Counted from the stretch's first letter, positions 1-13,499 are shown. The stretch is 64,000 bases of DNA from Octopus bimaculoides (GCF_001194135.2 NC_068991.1:6206248-6270247), one strand, 5' to 3'. Notes: a model not told the origin generated them from the sequence alone. Program-made: numbers and translations.

Positions 1-129
1 CACCTCACCCTACGAGCTGTTCTTTCTTACTATACACTTGGTTGTTGGCACTGATTAAAAATATAGCATAGCTTTGTAGCACATTGTTTGCAAAAGAGCA
101 ATGCAAGTCAGCTTTTTTTTTTCAGGATT

Positions 130-440
130 TACCTGACATTTCTTGCCGTTCCTCAGTTTTTAATATTATTATTTATGTCTTTATGGCAAGTGCTAAACTC
201 TCATTTGCCAAGTCTACAATCCATTTCTTGTTGCCCGTTGAAACCAGTTTATTTCATAAATTTATTTCATAAATTTATTCCGTGTTACATTATTGCAAAC
301 AATAAATGACATCCTTGATCAGGTTTCCAATGGACCGGCCACTACCTCACTGCATTTATGATGGCTAGGGTTTCAAGATTGGCATCTGTGCAATTTAGGT
401 AGGGTAATTGCTGCAGGGTATTTTTTGTTTGAAAGCACCA
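130..440 (-). mobile_element. Degenerate LINE reverse transcriptase relic (L1/Tx1-like)
   Basis: Minus-strand frameshifted peptides LNCTDANLETLA and GRSIGNLIKDVIYC resemble RT motifs (LLNxDYKILA; GRSIxDNxxLIxD); many stops. Confidence 0.45.
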
Positions 441-654
441 GTTTTATTGCTTATGTTTACGTCTTTGGCTGTTTATACATCAGTGAAAGACATTTACATG
501 CATAAACATATGTGAAGGTGTGCGATATATACACACATGCATATATGAAGGTATGTGGTATATACATACATACACCCTTATATATGAAGGTGTGTGATGT
601 ATGTATATATATGGAAGTAATGTATATATATACACACACACACATATATATATG

Positions 655-985
655 AAGGTGTGCCAGTGGCACGTAAATAACACCATTTGAGCGTGATCGT
701 TACCAGTGTCGCCTTACTGGCACTTGTGCCGGTGGCACGTGAAAAAACATTTGAGCGAGGTTGTTGCCAGTGCTGCTGGACTGGCCCTCGTGCCGGTGGC
801 ACGTAAAAACACTCATTACACTCTCTGAGTGGTTGGCGTTAGGAAAGGCATCCAGCTGTAGAAACTCTGCCAGATCAGATTGGAACCTGGTGCAGCCTTC
901 TGGTTCGCCAGTCCTCAGTCAAATCGTCCAACCCATGCTAGCATGGAAAGCGGACGTTGAACGATGATAATGATGATGATGATGT
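655..985 (+). mobile_element. Non-autonomous retroelement family C, (GAT)n tail
   Basis: ggttggcgttaggaaggcatccagctgtagaaac...ggaaagcggacgttgaacgatgat; more than 15 copies in the window. Confidence 0.8.
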
Positions 986-1122
986 ATGACATGTATATAT
1001 ATACACACACATGCACATATATATCACACAATCACTGTTTAGATTTTGTGAGAAAGTATGAAATCACAAAGATAAGGAAACGTGATTAAGCTTTAGTGGA
1101 GACACACAGACAAGATTTCTGC

Positions 1123-1515
1123 ATGGCTGTGTGGTAAGAAGTTTGATTCCCAATCACATGGTTCTGGGTTCAGTCCTGCTGTGCGGCACCTTGGGCTAGT
1201 GTCTTCTACTGTAGCCCTGGGCCGACCGAAACACTGTGAGTGGATTTGGTAGACGGAAACTGAAAGAAGCCCATTGTATATGTGCATATGTATGTGTATT
1301 TCTTTGTGTATGTGTTTGTTCCCACCACCGCTTGACAACGTTGTTGGTTTGTTTACGTCCCCATAACTTAGTAGTTCAGCAGAAGATATCGATATAATAA
1401 GTACCAAGCTTAAAAAATACAAAAGGTCCTGGAGCCGACTTGTTCAACTAAAATCCTTTAAAGCGGTGCCCCAGTATGGCTGCAGTGGAATGACTGAAAC
1501 AAGTACAAGAAAAGA
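1123..1515 (+). mobile_element. tRNA-headed SINE family A (CORE-like; resembles octopus OR-type SINEs)
   Basis: ggctgtgtggtaagaag...ggcaccttgggc...gaaactgaaagaagcc head plus tail ending gactgaaacaagta; many dispersed copies. Confidence 0.8.
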
Positions 1516-1992
1516 TTTTAAAATTTATCAAACGTGGCCTTGCAGCTTAATGAACAGAAATCAATATTATGGAACAGAAAAGATAAAAACATAGGAGTCT
1601 TTGCTCTTTTATTGTATTGTTTCTTAACCTTCCTTTGTATGGCCATGTCTGTCATTATAAAAGGACAAGTTATGCTAAATGTGTATTACCAGCCGGTACT
1701 AATTGATTTGGTATCTTCTGGTTTCGTATTTGTTGTCTTACCATTCCCTTTGCCATAGGTAATTACTTCAGTCTATAGTCGGTAAAATATGATAAAAAGG
1801 TTTTATTTATATACACACACACATGCCCTGTGTGAATGTGTTTTTATTTCAGCTCGTTTTCAAAGTAAATATAAAAAAGGAAAAAGATGGCCTTCATCTG
1901 CTTATTTATCTCATGTTTATTCATTATATTTAGTTTATTGCAAGTGTGCGAGTCATGTGAGTACATATACATTTGTGCGTGCTTGTGGCTAT

Positions 1993-2054
<62 letters not shown>

Positions 2055-2199
2055 CAATAAGAAAATGGAGGAGATCAAGAGGTGGTATTCATCAACTTTT
2101 AGACATTATATTATGTCTGTTTATTTATTTTTAAAAAAAAAACTATTATAACAATATACATACATGTATAGCATATTATGCTGTACATATACAATATAT

Positions 2200-2345
2200 A
2201 AAAAATACCGGTAATTATCGACCCCGAAAGGATGAAAGGCAAAGTCAACCTCGGCGGAATTTGAACTGAGAACATAAAGACAGGAAAAATACTGCTAAGC
2301 ATTTCGTCCGGTGTGCTAATATTTCTGCCGGCTCGCTGTCTTAGT
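2200..2345 (-). mobile_element. SINE family B (Deu/Nin-like core), partial
   Basis: Reverse complement of gactttgcctttcatcctttcggggtcgataaattaag core. Confidence 0.75.
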
Positions 2346-3079
2346 CGTGGGGAAATATCGCTTTACTTCAAAACAGATGAGAGTTGGTGACAGGAAGAGC
2401 ATCTAGCCATAGAAAATCTGCCTCAACAAAAAAAGTGGGCATTAAAATGATGACAATGACAATGATAGTATCGGTGCATTATTGATTCATTCAGGCAACA
2501 CTCAGTCTATTATATCTCTCTATTGTTATGTTGTCATCCTAATTGGATGTCATTTGTAATGACAACAATACACAAGGCTAGTTTATGACATTAACAGTGG
2601 AAAAAACTACACAGTGCGATAAATCACTTGATGTGTTATTTTGAACTGGTTATCTTTGTTCTTCTTATAAAAAACACATTGTTAATGTGTCTGGACTATG
2701 AAGTAACTGTATTTCTGAAGCAAGCATTTTACTTGGTGTATAATGTCCACCTATCATTGTTTTAATGGTCACTGTTTCTATGCTCGCATACGTTAGACAG
2801 AATTTGTTGAGATGGATTTTTCTACAGCTGGACGCCATTCCTGTCCCCAACCCTCACCTGTTTCCAAGTAAGGGAATATTTCTCTGTGGCCAGACATGTT
2901 TTTAAGGAAGTTTGGAAATGGAGGACATCACTTGCGTAATGGTGACACTCATTTACAACTAGCACATGAAGTGAAGGCAAGGAGACAGTAACACACACAC
3001 ACACACACAGTTGTACATACAAGCACATAGTGAAGTTGATTTTCTGTAGAATGAATACAGTCTGATAATAGAGATTATT

Positions 3080-3470
3080 CTTGTGGCTGTGTGGTAAGAA
3101 GCTTGCTGCCCAACCACATGGTTCCAGGTTCAGTCCTACTGCATGGCAACTTGGGCAAATGTCTTCCACTATAGCCTTGGGTTAACAAAAGCCTTGTGGG
3201 TGGATTTGGTAGACAGAAACTGAAAGAAGCCCATTGTGTGTGTATATATATGTATGTACACACACACACACACACACACACGTGTGTGTGTCTAGTGTCT
3301 GTGTTTGTCCCCCCACTATGTCCTCGTAACTTAACAGTTCAGCGAAAGAGGCCAATAAAATAAGCACCAGGTTTTAAAAATAAGTCCTACAGTCAATTCA
3401 TTCGACTAAAAATTCAAGGCACTGCCCCAGCATGGCCACAGTCTAATGACAGAGTCAAGTAGCAGACAAA
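3080..3470 (+). mobile_element. SINE family A
   Basis: Colinear with the 44635-45030 copy. Confidence 0.8.
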
Positions 3471-3664
3471 AGTCACATACACATACACATGATTGCTATT
3501 TGTCATGTGACAAGTAACTTTGGAAGTATACTTTTACCACAGTGGTTAATGTCAGGAAATATGGCATACAACAAAATAATTACATTTTAATCGTTAACAA
3601 ATTTCTTGGTCCTTATGCAAAATAAAGAAACAAATGCTAATTTTCAAAAGACAAGAAATATTCT

Positions 3665-3815
3665 TTTCTACTCTGGGCACAAGGCCCGAAATTTTTTGGG
3701 GGAGGTGGGGGCAGTCGATTAGATCAACCTCAATACGCAACTGGTACTTAATTTATCGACCCCCGAAAGGATGAAAGGCAAAGTCGACCCTGGCGGAATT
3801 TGAACCCAGAATTTA
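3665..3815 (-). mobile_element. SINE family B, partial
   Basis: Family B core on the minus strand. Confidence 0.7.
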
Positions 3816-4055
3816 AAGACATATTACCTTAAAATGAAACTAGATAAAAGAATTTTCTCTTTTGTACAAGTCCTCCTATATCTATTCTACCATTTCCTCC
3901 TCCTCCATATTTTATTCTTTCTTTCCATTCTTCCTGTTCTTCATATGTTAGCTCTCTCTCTCTCTCTCTCTCTTCCCCATATACTCTCTCCTCTGCTCTC
4001 TATATAATGTAAAGCATGATAGGAAAAATCCACCAACCTGTCAATCAACCAACAT

Positions 4056-4087
<32 letters not shown>

Positions 4088-4100
4088 GTATATATATATA

Positions 4101-4174
<74 letters not shown>

Positions 4175-4613
4175 GCTTTTGGTCATTGTGGTGATAGTAT
4201 TTATTTGGCACTGTTTCAACTTATTCACTATCATAATTGTCACTCTCAGAATTGAACAAAGAAGTAATCCTTACAGATTACAATTCCACCACCCAAACGC
4301 TTTATAATCCCTTTTTTATCTATTCCCCCACCCACAGCTAAAATAAATTGTACTTCTGTTTATATTTGAAATGTGGACAGAGAGCAACTATTTATATATT
4401 GTATTGTTAACTTTTGTGTATATAGGAGCACCAGCATTATGCTAACTGACTGCAATGAGCTACATTTAGGTCTATTTTGTTAAATTGCCCACTGATGAAA
4501 GAAAGGCTTGAAACATAGCCAGAATAGTGTGTTTGAATAGCCAAGATGTTTTAGGGAATGTAAATGAAATTTATTGTCAAAACCAAGCCGAATTGATGGC
4601 CAAGAATTAGTTA

Positions 4614-4798
4614 TTAACTCTTTAAGCATTTAGATTACTCTGTCAAATGTAATCCTCATTTATCCACATTGTTTTCAATTAATCATGCATTGTCTCATAG
4701 CTTCAAGTTTTCGATGATGTGATTGTATATTTTTAGAGTGACATTGTAGGGTAGGTGTGAAAGGCTGGATATGGCTAGCTTAAACGCTAGAGGGTTAA
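4614..4798. mobile_element. piggyBac-like MITE (TTAA-flanked)
   Basis: ttaa-ctctttaagcatt...aacgctagaggg-ttaa termini; same body as 13007-13251 and 52942-53144. Confidence 0.65.
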
Positions 4799-6129
4799 CT
4801 CATATTCCCTTTACTCGCATTTGCAATGTTGCTTGATTTTATTCTGGGTTGGCAAAATAAATTTATTATTCATCGTCAATTGTTGGTTCGTGCTATTTTG
4901 AAGTTAATTAGACTGCAGTGTGATTAATTAAACTAACACTCATCAGTTCCTGAAAAACCAATTAAATATGTCTTTCACCGGCCTCTTTCACCATAATGAC
5001 GACAGTTTCTGTGTCTTCCAGTAATTCTGTAATTGCTTTTGCTCATTGTTAATCCATTTCAAAGCCTTTTATTCACAAGCACAGTCAGAGTTTCTGTCTC
5101 CAAATGTCTTCTTGTAGCCGTGTAGATTCTTTAACTCTTTACCATTCATATTATTCTGTCAAATGTGATGCTTACTTATTCACGTTGCTGTGAATTTAAT
5201 CATGCTGGCATGGGTTGGATGGTTTGATTGAGGACTGGCAAGCCAGTAGGCCACACCAGGCTCCAATCTGATCTGGCAAGGTTTCTACAGCTTGATACAC
5301 ACATACACACACTACAAGCTTCTTTCAGCTACTATCTGTCATATCCACTCACAAGGCTTTAGTTGCCCCACGACTATAAAAGAAGATACTAGCGCAAGGT
5401 GCCCCACTGTGCGACTGAACCTAAGACCATATGGTTACAATAAGCTTCTTAACCACACAGCTATGTATCTATATTAAAATTATTTTAAAGGCATTTGTCA
5501 AAGGAGCATTGAAGTTGAATTCAGTACCTGAAGCTTGGATTCGTTAAAAACAGGATTCTTTGATTTCCTGAAATGCTAAATTGTGTTTTATTTACTGAGA
5601 AAGAAACAAAAAATCCTTTAAAACCTGCGCTTATCAAAGGTTTTATGTTGATTGAAATAAAAATAGATTAACTGGCATACTGTTGAGTGAGAACTTCAGC
5701 ATATCTCACATTCCTGGCACAACTAACTCTCCAGTTGAAGAAAACTTAGAATAGTCAACTTTGTGTGTAGAAGTAGTAAAGCACAGCATTCTTCTGTAAT
5801 TAGTGGGTGCACTGTTTAACTGAAGAGTGTTTTGTTGAGCTTTACAGTTTCATATTGCGATATCCAAATTGCCTTCTTCGGGTTGTAAAGAACCGCAAAT
5901 GGAAATAAACTCTTCAATGCTGGTGTGTTAGAACATTGGTATTACATTATCTGTTAAAGGCCAGCGAGTACTGTAAACTAACCAATCCTCCATGTGTTGA
6001 CTTAGATAATCAATTAAGAAATTTACACTGATAATGTTATTTAAATTTCCTGTGTAAATGACCGGTCAGTGTTAGTTTTGGTCCTGGTTAGGAAGAGATC
6101 ATTTGTGTAATTAATTATAATTGTTAGCT

Positions 6130-6435
6130 ATACCACTGTGGATATCTTTGGGAAAATTAGGGCGAATGGAGTGCGGTGGTATGGGTATGTGTTGAGGAGG
6201 GATGAGGAGCATGTTTTGAAGAGGATGCTAGAGTTTGAGGTGAATGGACAGTGAAAGCGAGGAAGACTGAGGAAAATATGGAAGGGACAGGTGGAGGAGG
6301 AGATTGGGAGGATTGGCTTGAGAAGGGAGGATGCCCAAAACCAGGCAAGATGGTGAGCTGGTGGGAGGGCGGTTGCTATGGCATTGAAGTAGATCCAGCA
6401 ACCTCCGTTAATGGGGACAAAACCCGGATTCAAAA
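6130..6435 (+). mobile_element. RTE-type LINE 3' fragment
   Basis: Translates as RWYGYVLRRDEEHVLKRMLEFEVNGQ*KRGRLRKIWKGQVEEE...REDAQNQARW, a typical RTE ORF C-terminus, followed by (GAT)n. Confidence 0.8.
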
Positions 6436-6464
6436 TGATGGATGATGATGTATATCTTTTATCT

Positions 6465-6676
6465 TATACTTGTTACAGTCATTAGACTGCAACCATTCTG
6501 GGGCACTCCCTAAAAAAATTCTTAGTCGAATGAATTGAACCAAGTACTTGTTTTGTTTTCTTTTAAGCCTGGTACTCATTTTATTGGTCATTTTTGCTAA
6601 ACCGCTAAGTTGCAGAGATGTAAACACACCAACACCGGTTGTCAAGCAGTGGTGAGGAACAGACACAAACACACAT

Positions 6677-6727
<51 letters not shown>

Positions 6728-6885
6728 GGGCTTCTTTCAATTTCTGTCTGCCAAACCCACTCACAAGTCTTTGGTCAGCCCGAGGCCACAGTAGAAGACA
6801 CTTGCCCAAGGTGCCATGCAATGGGACTGAACCCGGAACCATGTTGTTATGAAGCAAGCTTCTTATCACTCAGCCACACCTGCAT
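6465..6885 (-). mobile_element. SINE family A
   Basis: Reverse-complement copy with internal (CA)n. Confidence 0.8.
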
Positions 6886-7068
6886 CATATGCAGATGGCG
6901 TGTGTAACCTGAAGTAGAACAAACAGTAGAGATAACACATTGTTAATAAGCTGGTCAGTAGCTGGAACTGCAGTTCCTTGTTAGTAGTTTGAGAAAATGC
7001 CATGTTTACCTGGCAATGAGGTACAATATTCTTATGTAACACTTAGCATTTCTTTTTATATCATTTAG

Positions 7069-7245
7069 AAGAGATGGGAAAGGAGCCATGACCTTTGCAG
7101 GTCATGACCTGCATGACCTTGATGAGATTAATATGGTACAGTTCTCATCTGGTCTGAATCACTACAAGTCAACGTCTGCTGCAAAAGCACGAGTGAGGAA
7201 TGAAATTCTAGGAAAGAATAAACTCTGCTTAATAACCGGTGAACG
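7069..7245 (+). CDS. Candidate exon (MOB2 alternative 5' exon or separate upstream gene)
   Basis: tcatttag acceptor, open frame RDGKGAMTFAGHDLHDL...LITGE, Kozak gccATG at 7088, donor CG|gtatta in phase 2 (matches MOB2 exon 20256). Confidence 0.4.
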
Positions 7246-7254
7246 GTATTACAG

Positions 7255-7440
7255 TGATTTCAAATTTTGGCACAAGGCCAGCTATTTGGGGTGGGGAATA
7301 AGTAAGTTGATAACATCCACCCCCAGTGTTCAACTGGTACTTATTCTACCAACCCCAAAAGGATAAAAAGCAAAGTCAACCTTGGTAGCATTTGAACTCA
7401 GAACATAAAGACACAAATTGCCGTTTAGCATTTTACAGTC
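7255..7440 (-). mobile_element. SINE family B
   Basis: Family B core and tail, reverse complement. Confidence 0.7.
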
Positions 7441-8332
7441 AAATAGAAAAAAATGTGATTAATTAAGACATGTAACGATTGACACATGGTTTGTGTCATG
7501 GACCGGATTCTCTTTTCCGTTTCGAATTGCTGCTTCTTATTAGCTAAATATCATGTCAAATTATTCATATATTAAGCACTGCAATTTATAAAGTTTTATA
7601 ATAATATTTTCTAATATAATAAATGAGACTGGAGTCTGGTGCAACCTTCCAGCTTACCAACCCCGGTCAAACCATCCAACCCATGCCAGCATGGACAACG
7701 GATATTAAGCGATGATGATGAATGAAATAATCTACCAGTACTTTAAATCATTAATGAAAATTCAAGATTAGTGATTAGTCACAAGAAGTTTGTGGGGGTC
7801 TCCAAAATGTTACTTGTGCTACAAATAGATTAAAATTTTTTTTTGTTTTTTTAGAAATATTCAACCTGAAAATTCAAAGTCAAGATTGCTAATAATATTT
7901 TATATATTTATCTATGTATTATTTATTCATTTATTTTTACTTTGTTGACATTGAAAGAACGATAAAGAACTTAGTAAATTGGATACCTTGAAAATGCTTA
8001 TTGCATCGAGATTAGTGTAATTTGAGTGTTATCAACATTTTGATGTGGTGGTGGTGGTGGTGGTGGTGGCAAGAGCAATATCAGTGTAATCGTGGTGGTG
8101 GAGGTGGTGGTGGATTATGTACAGGAAACAGGAAAATAAGGTGAAAACTAATACCAATGTGTTCTTTTTTTTGTTTTGTGTTTTGTTTCATTACTATTCT
8201 ATATCCAGAGAAGAAATCTTTCACCTGCAAATTGAAAGTTCTATTCATATATAAAAAAAAGGCTATTACATTAGAAGACAATTTTAAATTGAAGCATCTC
8301 TCTCTCACTCTCTGTATATATAAATATATATA

Positions 8333-8372
<40 letters not shown>

Positions 8373-8804
8373 ATGTTTTTTCTAAATTTATTTTACAGAT
8401 TCTTGTAATAATGTCAAGTTCTGAATGAATTTCATCTTAAAAGTACGCTAAGGTGGTGGTGGTGGTGGTGTAGTAACATGCAATCTCTATAATCAGAAAG
8501 CAAATATTTTGTGCAATCAACCTTGTTTAAAAAAAAAAATACAGGAAGAAAGAAAGAAAGAAAGAAAGAAAAAGGATGGTAGTGTGGAGAAGGAAGGTGA
8601 AAATTGTACTTTTCTTAAGATATTTTATGCATTTAATAAACTTCAGTTGATGAAACTTTCCTTAATAGAAAAGATAAGAGCTGGCTTTTCAGAGCCATGA
8701 CAGTTGATACCCAGAATTCCCTGTAATTCAAATGAGTTTATCATGCAAATATTTTGTAGTATCTTTGTATTATTTGTAATGTCTTCATTTGACAAATATT
8801 AAGG

Positions 8805-9245
8805 TTGCTAGCTGGTAGATTCGTTAGCACACCGAGCAATATACTTAACGACATTTCATCAATCATTATGTTCTGAGTTTAAATTCTGCCGAGGTCGACT
8901 TTACCTTTCATCCTTTCGGGGTCGATTAAATAAGTACCAGTTACACACTGGGGTTGATGGAATTGACTTAATCCTTTTGTTTGTCCTTGTTTGTCCCCTC
9001 TGTGTTTAGCCCCTTGTGGGCAATAAAGAAATGAATATTTGTCATATCTTCATATGACAAATAGTAAGGTTGCTAGGTGGCGGAATCGTTAGCATGCCGA
9101 GCAAAATACTTAATGGCATTTCATCTGTCATTACGTTCCGAGTTCAAATTCCACCGAGGTCAACTTTGCCTTTCATCCCTTTCAAGGTGTATCTGACTTT
9201 ACCCACCCCCGAATTGCTGGCCTTGTGTCAAAATTCGAAACCATT
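8805..9245 (+). mobile_element. Two tandem SINE family B copies
   Basis: ggtagattcgttagc...aaagaaat (8805-9035) and ggcggaatcgttagc... (9068-9245). Confidence 0.75.
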
Positions 9246-9756
9246 GTTTGTTGTTGTTGTTTGATGTGTTCACAACAGCTGACGGTTTTAGGTTATCTGT
9301 CCAGTTTTAATAGTTTCCTCATTTAGGATTGTGCAATATATCATTTGCATATGGATTGTGTAATAAACACAAGGCACTTGGTAATATTGGGGCAACATCA
9401 CAGAGTATTATTTCAACATGAAAGGGAAATAGTGCTGTGTTGTGGTTATTGTTTTAATCTTAGATTCCATAAATAGTGCTGACTTTTTGTAATTGTATAT
9501 TGGCAACAGTCTGTCTGATATGAATAATGTTTGTGACTTCTTGCAATTAGTCATTGCATGTGATCATATATATAGAAATGTGTTTGTATGTGAGCGTGTG
9601 TGTGTGTGTATAGACATTATACATGCACACTCATGCACATGTACATATATAGCTTTATGGTATGAGATATTTGTGCTTAGTTTTCCATGTTTCAGAGTTT
9701 GATATGTGGGTATATATGTTGCGTCTGTGTGTACTGTGTATGTGTGTGTATCTATA

Positions 9757-9791
<35 letters not shown>

Positions 9792-10667
9792 NNNNNNNNN
9801 NNNNNNNNNNNNNNNNNNNNNNNNNNNNNNNNNNNNNNNNNNNNNNNNNNNNNNNNNNNNNNNNNNNNNNNNNNNNNNNNNNNNNNNNNNNNNNNNNNNN
9901 NNNNNNNNNNNNNNNNNNNNNNNNNNNNNNNNNNNNNNNNNNNNNNNNNNNNNNNNNNNNNNNNNNNNNNNNNNNNNNNNNNNNNNNNNNNNNNNNNNNN
10001 NNNNNNNNNNNNNNNNNNNNNNNNNNNNNNNNNNNNNNNNNNNNNNNNNNNNNNNNNNNNNNNNNNNNNNNNNNNNNNNNNNNNNNNNNNNNNNNNNNNN
10101 NNNNNNNNNNNNNNNNNNNNNNNNNNNNNNNNNNNNNNNNNNNNNNNNNNNNNNNNNNNNNNNNNNNNNNNNNNNNNNNNNNNNNNNNNNNNNNNNNNNN
10201 NNNNNNNNNNNNNNNNNNNNNNNNNNNNNNNNNNNNNNNNNNNNNNNNNNNNNNNNNNNNNNNNNNNNNNNNNNNNNNNNNNNNNNNNNNNNNNNNNNNN
10301 NNNNNNNNNNNNNNNNNNNNNNNNNNNNNNNNNNNNNNNNNNNNNNNNNNNNNNNNNNNNNNNNNNNNNNNNNNNNNNNNNNNNNNNNNNNNNNNNNNNN
10401 NNNNNNNNNNNNNNNNNNNNNNNNNNNNNNNNNNNNNNNNNNNNNNNNNNNNNNNNNNNNNNNNNNNNNNNNNNNNNNNNNNNNNNNNNNNNNNNNNNNN
10501 NNNNNNNNNNNNNNNNNNNNNNNNNNNNNNNNNNNNNNNNNNNNNNNNNNNNNNNNNNNNNNNNNNNNNNNNNNNNNNNNNNNNNNNNNNNNNNNNNNNN
10601 NNNNNNNNNNNNNNNNNNNNNNNNNNNNNNNNNNNNNNNNNNNNNNNNNNNNNNNNNNNNNNNNNNN
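9792..10667. other. Assembly gap (other gaps: 14280-14359, 19758-19767, 35902-36191, 47919-47928, 62098-62710)
   Basis: Runs of N, mostly flanked by microsatellites. Confidence 1.
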
Positions 10668-10800
10668 CATCATCATTGTTTGACGTCCGCTTTCCATGCT
10701 AGCATGGGTTGGACGATTTGACTGAGGACTGGTGAAACCAGATGGCTACACCAGGCTCCAATCTGATTTGGCAGAGTTTCTACAGCTGGATGCCCTTCTG
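10668..10800 (-). mobile_element. Family C 3' fragment with terminal foldback
   Basis: catcatc...gtccgctttccatgctagc...ggatgccctt. Confidence 0.8.
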
Positions 10801-11244
10801 TAGAAACTCTGCCAAATCAGATATATATATATATAGATATATATATATATATATATGCATACACACATATGCATACATTATCACCACCATCATCATCATC
10901 ATCATATAATGTCCATATTTCCTGATGGTTTGATTTGGACCATTCAGTAGGATCTGACAAAAAGGAGGACTGCCTTGAGCTCCCTATGTCTTCTCTGGCT
11001 TGGTTCCTATGGCTGGATGTTCTTAATGTCAACTGCCTTACAGGTTGTAGTGTGTACCTTCTTAATCATACCAGAACTGGTGAGCTCACTGGCTAACTCA
11101 CAAGATAAAACCCCTTGATAGAGTTGAGGTGCAGAATTGAGGGGAGATAGATCACAATTGGCTGCTTTTAAAATTCCAAGCAAGTTTATGTTGCAAACAC
11201 CAGATTGACAATGACGTAATTATTTTACTAAATTACCCTGTTAC

Positions 11245-11525
11245 TCATTTCAGTCCAGTAATTAGATTGTAGCCCTAGCTGGAGCACCACCTTAAAGGGT
11301 TTCAGTCAGACAAATCGCCCCCCAGGATTTATTCTTTGTAAGCCTAGTACTTATTCTATCAGTTCACTTTTGCTGAACCGCTAAGTTACTGGGATGTGAA
11401 CATACCAACATCGGTTGTCAAGCAATGGTGGTGGTGGTGGGGAAACACAGACACAAAACCACACATACATGCACATACATACATACATACATACATACAT
11501 ACGTATATGTGTGTGTGTGTGTGTG

Positions 11526-11561
<36 letters not shown>

Positions 11562-11720
11562 ACAGTCTTTTTTCAGTTTCTGTCTACCAAATCCACTCAC
11601 AAGGCTTTGGTCAGCCCAAGGCTATAGTAGAAGACTCTTGCCCAAGGTGCCACACAGTGGGACTGAACCCGGGACCATACAGTTGGGAAGAAAGCTTCTT
11701 ACCACACAGCCACACCTGCG
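11245..11720 (-). mobile_element. SINE family A
   Basis: Near full-length reverse-complement copy. Confidence 0.8.
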
Positions 11721-12254
11721 CTAACATTCTACATTTTTTTTTTTTTTTTATGAATTGAAATAAAAGTAATGTATAGAAGCAAAAATATGGAAACAAATAG
11801 ATTAAATAAGGAAAGAAATTTAGCATAATGAGAAACATTTTACATATGCAGCATTTTAGCAGAGCTTGTTGCCATGCTATATTTTGGCATATGACAGTTT
11901 AAACCAGTGCCTTCTTACTGCAGGTTTTCTCAGAAGCTTGGAATGAAGATCTTAATATGCCACACCTCTCATAACTGTGTATTTTGATATGTTGGCACTC
12001 CTAGCAACAGTATACATATGTATGCCACACCAAACTTTCATTTAATACACTAAAAATGGTTACTTCCACAGGAATAGAAAGAGATGCAGCCAATGAAATG
12101 GTTTTTGTCATTAAATATAACAGGATTCTATCAGGTACATTAGAACACATCAGAAGAAGTAAACAAAACTACATGAACAGTATATAGAATAATTCACAGA
12201 AAGTGAACAGTGAATAAGTTTTCAAAACAAAAATAATAATAATAATAATAACAG

Positions 12255-12500
12255 GAGTGTGGTTGGGGAATCAGGTGTATCTGTTGGTGAATTTCAGGAA
12301 GCATGGAAGTTTTGAAGGATGTTGTATCTTGACAGGTAACAACTGATATGGGTAGTTTATTCCCATGCTTCATCAATTCCGAGTGTGAAAGAAATGTTTC
12401 CGAAAGTCATGGATGTTGTGTTGTTTTATGATTTTGTAGGCATGTCCACGAGTGTCGGATGTATGGAATTCAGAAACGTGTCCTGGGTTGTTGTTGGAAA
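12255..12500 (-). mobile_element. CR1-type LINE 3' fragment
   Basis: Minus peptides TRGHAYKIIKQ...FRKHFF and NKLPISVVTCQDTTSFK match the CR1 C-terminus (TRGHxxK...WNxLPxxVV...SFK). Confidence 0.7.
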
Positions 12501-13006
12501 GATGATGGATAATTTTATAAGTAATGGCGACTTGAAACTTGTTAGAATTTATGGTTTAAAATTATTTTTAATGCAAAAATTCACGTGTTAGGAAGCAACG
12601 AAAAGAAAAATAGATAGCCGATTCCGGGCATTTTCGACCATGAGGAATCCATTGGTGCGACTCCCAGATTGCTATCTTGTAAGGTGTGGATTTCTATAGA
12701 TGCAACACACACACACACACAAACTGAGCTATACTATAGGTATAGATGATGAAAAATGTCGACTACATTGTTTGTTTTAGCTAATGAAAGACAAGACCAC
12801 TTGATGTAATAATTCCACACATAAATGTGGTTGAGATGTTTCTAGCCCTACCTAAATGTTACAGTAGTTAATTTTTATATCCAACTAAATGTGGCTGCCT
12901 TGTTAGAACATCAATTACTGTGTTGTTATTCTTGAGCAATCCTCCCATATAGGCACTTGCTGCATAAAAGCACACGTCACTAATAATTAATTAGAGTAAT
13001 TGCTGT

Positions 13007-13251
13007 TTAACCTTTGAGCATTCAGATTAATCTGTCAAATGTAATGCTTATTTATTCACATTGTTTTGAATTAACCGTTATCTTTTAGCTTCAAAATTTC
13101 AATGATGTGATTGTTTATTTATAGTGTGACATTGTAGGGTAGGTGTAAGAAGCCAGATTTGGCCAGTTTAAACATAAAGCAAGAATATTTGGGCCAGTTT
13201 GAGCATAAAACAAATATACTATTCAGGCTGGTTTGAATATTAAAGGTTTAA
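13007..13251. mobile_element. piggyBac-like MITE
   Basis: ttaacctttgagcatt...aatattaaaggtttaa. Confidence 0.65.
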
Positions 13252-13499
13252 AGACGCATCAACATGCACAAGCACTCAACTTCCTACAAGCACATAAACT
13301 GTGAATGCAATTATATCTAATGAAGGACATAAGACAAATAAATAAGGTCATGAAAATAAGAACAAGTTAAGTGGGCAATCATCCACCCCCACACTTAACT
13401 GTTTTGTAATCTAACTTCCCCACTGAACTAGCTCCAAAAGCAAAGCAGGCCAGAATCATTCTTTCCACTTTTCTACATCCAGCATAGCTTTATTTATTT

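Noticed and set aside
655-830. Spaced direct repeats (ccggtggcacgtaaaaa...) superficially like a CRISPR array
   Set aside because: Internal tandem units of retroelement family C; spacers are related to each other, there are no cas genes and the context is eukaryotic.
4486-4520. CTGATGA-AAG..CTT-GAAAC hammerhead-like string (a similar decayed string lies at about 15578-15615 on the minus strand)
   Set aside because: No stem I or III pairing; compatible with chance or a very old relic.
4980-5070. Minus-strand exon-like segment ALKWINNEQKAITELLEDTETVVIMVKEA
   Set aside because: Weak acceptor and no linked partner exons; other isolated exon-like stretches (8647, 9328, 12072) were dropped for the same reason.
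9564-10721. Long ORFs of 225-377 aa in the ORF track (also 35623-36485 and 61985-62784)
   Set aside because: Made of N-gaps plus microsatellite translations.
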